This document shows positions 60,390-64,000 of a stretch of DNA of 64,000 nt, in pieces. Position 1 is the stretch's first letter; each line of letters starts with the position of its first letter. Origin of the DNA: Hormoscilla sp. Lineage in GTDB: Bacteria; Cyanobacteriota; Cyanobacteriia; Cyanobacteriales; Desertifilaceae. The notes beneath the pieces are model-generated. The model was not told the origin of the DNA. It searched no databases and was given only the letters and a program-made list of their open reading frames with translations. The stretch is from NCBI GenBank assembly GCA_051439505.1, contig JBFRWI010000226.1, forward strand, positions 9,567-73,566. The letters are read 5' to 3'. The translations under genes and the position numbers were made by a program.

Positions 60390-61463
60390 ATGAATCGCGA
60401 TCGACAAATAAACACTAGCGATCGCATGAGCATTGTAGATGGAATTGGGCAAACTTTTAGATATACGACTTATGGCTTAACCCTACAGGCTAGCAGACAT
60501 CTACCGGGTTTAATCCCTGCCAGTATCAATGCCCCGGTAGATGTCAGGGTAGATTTGATGAGAGAGTCGGAATCGCAACTGCCGTCACCAGAAGTAGAGG
60601 CGGTTTCGTCTGGACTGAACCTGTTGTCCAAAGCAGATGGAACTTATTTTCATCTCTGGTTTCGCGGTGACGGACAACTTGATTTTGATGTCAATTCTGA
60701 GGGCACTCACATCCGGGCAAGTTGGGATCGATCGGTGATAGAAGAAGTGACAGCGCTATTATTGGGGCAAGTTTTGGGCTTGGCTTTGCGGTTGCGGGGT
60801 ATCCTTTGTCTTCATGCTTGTGTAGTGAGAATTGGCCAGCAGGCGATCGCGATCGTGGGGGAGACGGGGGCGGGGAAATCAACGACGGCGGTGGCCCTCG
60901 CTAGGCGGGGACATTCTATTCTCTCTGATGATATAGCAGTTCTTGACGATCGCCGGGATCGTTTCCTAGTGCAGCCCGGTTATCCGCGCGTGCGATTGTG
61001 GCCCAAGTCCATTAAGGCCCTGTACGGGTCAGAAGTTGACTTGGCGAGGGTGTTCAGCTTTTCGGAGAAACGCTTTGTGAACTTAACCGACAACATTAAT
61101 AAAACTGCGGGTGAAACAGGGTGGCAGTTTCATCACGAACCCCTCCCCTTGGCGGCTATTTACATTCTGGGAAAACGGCAGCCTTTCTTGGCAGAAACGG
61201 CGATAGAACCAATTCCCCCAGCAATGGCGGTGATGATGTTGATGGCCCAGCGATCGGCAATTCATTTAAAATTAGATATGGAGAAGCAAGGGCGGGAGTT
61301 TGCAGGTATTAGTCGCATGGTGAGAACGGTGCCGGTGCGAAAAGTGACTCCCAGGGACAGTTTGGATGCTTTGCCTCAATTGTGCGATGCCATTTTGGCA
61401 GATTTCGCTAATATAACTACGCCAGAGAAATGCACTCAACTTTCAAAAACACTCGATGGCTAA
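60390..61463 (+). CDS. HPr-kinase-like lasso peptide kinase
   Basis: YGL, LHA, GETGAGKSTT, LSDD, PGYPRVRLWP, PLAAIYIL. Confidence 0.85.
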   Translation: MNRDRQINTSDRMSIVDGIGQTFRYTTYGLTLQASRHLPGLIPASINAPVDVRVDLMRESESQLPSPEVEAVSSGLNLLSKADGTYFHLWFRGDGQLDFDVNSEGTHIRASWDRSVIEEVTALLLGQVLGLALRLRGILCLHACVVRIGQQAIAIVGETGAGKSTTAVALARRGHSILSDDIAVLDDRRDRFLVQPGYPRVRLWPKSIKALYGSEVDLARVFSFSEKRFVNLTDNINKTAGETGWQFHHEPLPLAAIYILGKRQPFLAETAIEPIPPAMAVMMLMAQRSAIHLKLDMEKQGREFAGISRMVRTVPVRKVTPRDSLDALPQLCDAILADFANITTPEKCTQLSKTLDG

Positions 61464-61774
61464 TGTACCAAACGTTTACATAATTGGCGGTTGCAATGGT
61501 TCGGGCAAAACGACCACCGCGATGCAATTGTTGCCAAATAGTTTAAATTTGCTTGAATATGTCAATGCTGATGAAATCGCGGCTGGACTTTCACCATTTA
61601 ATCCTGAATCTGTCGCCATCCAAGCTGGAAGCTTGATGCTAGAAAGGTTAAATTCGCTATCCGACGCTGGGGCTGATTTTGCGTTTGAAACAACCCTCGC
61701 CTCGCGCCATTATGTCCGATTATTGCAAAAATGTAAAACCAAAGGGTATGTGGTTAATTGAATTTATTTTTTTC
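61456..61774 (+). pseudogene. Zeta-toxin-like P-loop ATPase, truncated
   Basis: IIGGCNGSGKTT..VNADEIA.GLSPF.PE..FAFETTLA; TGA at 61759-61761, then a repeat element. Confidence 0.8.
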
Positions 61775-61883
61775 CTCGTTTCTAGGCTCGGCCTAGAAAA
61801 TGCCGCTCCTGGAGGCAGAGCCTCCTGCTCGGACTTGAGGCACAGCCTCTCGATTGGCATTCCCAGGCAGAGCTGGGAACGAG
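61775..61883. repeat. Palindromic CTCGTT.C.AGGCT...GGGAACGAG element
   Basis: Inverted ends with internal GAGGCAGAGCCTC hairpins; related fragment near 38322. Confidence 0.75.
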
Positions 61884-61914
61884 TAGTAAAATTTCATAAA
61901 CAGGAAAAAAATCA

Positions 61915-62352
61915 ATGAATTTTGCCCAGTATGAAACAGACTTTTACGCTTGGACTCAGTACCAAGCTGAACTATTAAGAAGCAAAAATATTGAGCAGCT
62001 GGACTGGACTCATTTGGCTGAAGAAATTGAAGATATGGGACGTTCGGAAAAAAGACAACTGGAAAGTCCCTTAGAAGTTCTGATAATGCACTTGTTAAAA
62101 TGGCAATTTCAGCAAAATTTACGCTCTCGTAGTTGGCAGTTGACCCTGAAAGAACAACGACTCCGCTTAGAAAAACTCTTACAAGATAATCCCAGTCTAA
62201 AATCTAATCTGGAAGATGTCATTGAGAGGATTTATCCCCTAGCTGTGGTGAGTGCAGAACGAGAAACTGGCTTGTCTTCGTTTCCTGAAACTTGTCCCTA
62301 TTCTCTAACCGAAATTTTGTCTTTCGATTTTTTACCAGAAGCTTATTTTTAA
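61915..62352 (+). CDS. DUF29 family protein
   Basis: YETDFYAW..LDW..L.EEIEDMGRSEK..HLLKWQ.Q..SW..NPSL..FP.TCPY. Confidence 0.92.
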   Translation: MNFAQYETDFYAWTQYQAELLRSKNIEQLDWTHLAEEIEDMGRSEKRQLESPLEVLIMHLLKWQFQQNLRSRSWQLTLKEQRLRLEKLLQDNPSLKSNLEDVIERIYPLAVVSAERETGLSSFPETCPYSLTEILSFDFLPEAYF

Positions 62353-62485
62353 ATCAGGTAGAACTTTATTTCGCGTCTCTACAAATATCAGCCTCAGATG
62401 GGAGGGAGTGCTATTTATAATAGTGAAGCAGCCAAGCCAATCGTTTATCAGCCCGAAATCTGGAATTCAATTACTGGAGGTATCG

Positions 62486-62665
62486 ATGAATCCTAAACAT
62501 CCCCCCCTTTCCCCACTGCATCAAAAAATTGATGCCGGCGTGAAAAAAGCTATTGCAGAGGCGATCGAGAGACATCGCCAACTGGGCGAATCAATTAGTA
62601 TTTGGCAAGATGGAAGGGTTGTCACGATCGAGAGCGATCGCATCCCACCTCTGGAAAAAGATTGA
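62486..62665 (+). CDS. Small protein typically paired with zeta-like ATPases
   Basis: GGAGG RBS; HQKIDAGVKKAIAEAIERHRQLGESISIWQDGRVV. Confidence 0.7.
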   Translation: MNPKHPPLSPLHQKIDAGVKKAIAEAIERHRQLGESISIWQDGRVVTIESDRIPPLEKD

Positions 62666-62745
62666 TAGCTTTTTTCCAAATAGTTAGCGACAGCGTAACC
62701 CAACAGCGCCGTTTCTCTCACCCGGAGTTAAACCTGACTAAAGCA

Positions 62746-64000
62746 ATGAACTCAACCCTAACAGAATCCCTAGATCTACTTTTGCCCAATCTGGTACCAA
62801 CATTAGTTAAACCTGATGCAGTATTGGGTTTAAAAGCATTGGCAAATAATCTAGCCCCCATTCTGCGGGGTGGCTTTGAATGTCGCCTCAGTGCTAACTC
62901 TCCCCAAGTAGATTTGCAGCAGTGCATTGTCCGGGAAAAGAGGGAGTTAGAATTATTGCGAGAGTTAATTGCTGCTACAGATGGTGGGGTATCCGCACAT
63001 CCAGGTTGGTCCCAATTACAGGATTTTCTAGCTGAGTGGTCCGATCCATTATCATTACTCCATAACAGCATACCCGAAATCTGGCTGGAGTTTGACATTA
63101 ATAACTCCGACGTGAAATTGCCCCTCCCGGCTATTTTCTTCGGCTTGCCCCAAGACGTCTCCCCAGCAGTTGACCGCTATGCGATCGCCACAAAATCCCT
63201 CAACTTGCTGCTAGGTTCGGAAGGTTGGCGCGAGTGGCAATCAAATCTCGATCGCTGCTTTGGGGCTTGTCCCGATGGAGTATTTGTCAGTCACATCGGC
63301 GTGATGCTATCGAGAAAGGCACCGGCTTTGCGAGTCAATGTCAAGCGTTTGCAACCAGAGAAGCTAATTCCCTATCTGCAAGAAATTGGCTGGCCGGGGG
63401 AAACCCAGGAACTGCAAGCGTTGATGAAGCAGTTGTTTAGTTTAGTCGATCGGATAACGGTTTGTCTGGATGTCGGTAAGAGGATTTATCCCCAAATTGG
63501 CTTAGAATGTATTTTACTCAATCGACCTCAACAGGAATCTCGCTTGGCTATTTTACTAGATCATTTAGTAGAACAAGGGTTGTGCGCACCGTCAAAGGGA
63601 GAGGCATTGTTAAAGTGGCCCGGTCAAACTACTCCCGTTAACGCTAAGGCCCCTTGGCCCGATCGCTCGATCGCAGCTTCCCTTTTACAGCCTCGGGAAC
63701 GCTTTACTATATTCGATCGCCAGTTAAGCCATATAAAAATTGTTTACGGACGGGAAGGTCAGCTAGAGGCGAAAGCCTATCTGTGGTTTGAACATCGGTG
63801 GTTATCTAGAGAAAGCGAAAATGTGCAGGTAAAATCAGAGAAAAAATTAGATTTAGATAGATTTTATTCTACGGAATCAATTACTGCCTGGAAACAGATT
63901 ATCGGCGAAGACCTCCATTACCATTTTGGGTATTTTCGCGGGTCGGAAGATTTAGAAACCGGCTTAAGGCAAACGGTGAGGAATTATTACGATTATATTA
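62746..64000 (+). CDS. Two-domain putative RiPP tailoring enzyme (prenyltransferase-like N-domain + start of a SAM methyltransferase), runs off window
   Basis: Hand-translated, open for 418 codons: GFECRL..WLEFD..GVMLSR..LDVG..IGLE..GLC..ALLKWPG..LSHIKIVY..AKAYL, then FYS..W..IIGEDLHYHFGYF. Confidence 0.6.
   Translation, partial: MNSTLTESLDLLLPNLVPTLVKPDAVLGLKALANNLAPILRGGFECRLSANSPQVDLQQCIVREKRELELLRELIAATDGGVSAHPGWSQLQDFLAEWSDPLSLLHNSIPEIWLEFDINNSDVKLPLPAIFFGLPQDVSPAVDRYAIATKSLNLLLGSEGWREWQSNLDRCFGACPDGVFVSHIGVMLSRKAPALRVNVKRLQPEKLIPYLQEIGWPGETQELQALMKQLFSLVDRITVCLDVGKRIYPQIGLECILLNRPQQESRLAILLDHLVEQGLCAPSKGEALLKWPGQTTPVNAKAPWPDRSIAASLLQPRERFTIFDRQLSHIKIVYGREGQLEAKAYLWFEHRWLSRESENVQVKSEKKLDLDRFYSTESITAWKQIIGEDLHYHFGYFRGSEDLETGLRQTVRNYYDYI

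Overview
Cyanobacterial chromosomal DNA. HIP1 GCGATCGC is very abundant, and petL, a CpcS-type bilin lyase, rbp/rpsU, narM and xisHI are present; the heavy load of REP/MITE/heptamer repeats and pseudogenes suggests a filamentous Oscillatoriales-type genome. Left to right: a TPR-CHAT protease with a DUF4384 partner; a Wsp-like chemosensory operon whose output is a REC-histidine kinase rather than GGDEF, interrupted by a ScaI-like type II R-M system with a C-protein; a decayed nitrate-assimilation locus (nirA and narB relics, intact narM) holding a ClC gene and a DUF3050 gene; a Septu-like ATPase+HNH pair; tandemly duplicated ppsA; broken toxin-antitoxin modules; housekeeping genes (aroB, petL, hemE, OYE, cyclophilin-RTX, ArsM-like); xisHI and two Uma2 genes. 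The best candidate for a new system is at the right end: a lasso-peptide RiPP cluster with a cyclase, a 51-aa precursor whose predicted core is TTQTFRGSDGGSGLNQYAS, a paeninodin-type kinase, and a window-truncated gene that looks like a prenyltransferase-like/methyltransferase fusion. No tRNA, rRNA or CRISPR array was seen. All family calls come from motif recognition by eye; no database searches were run.
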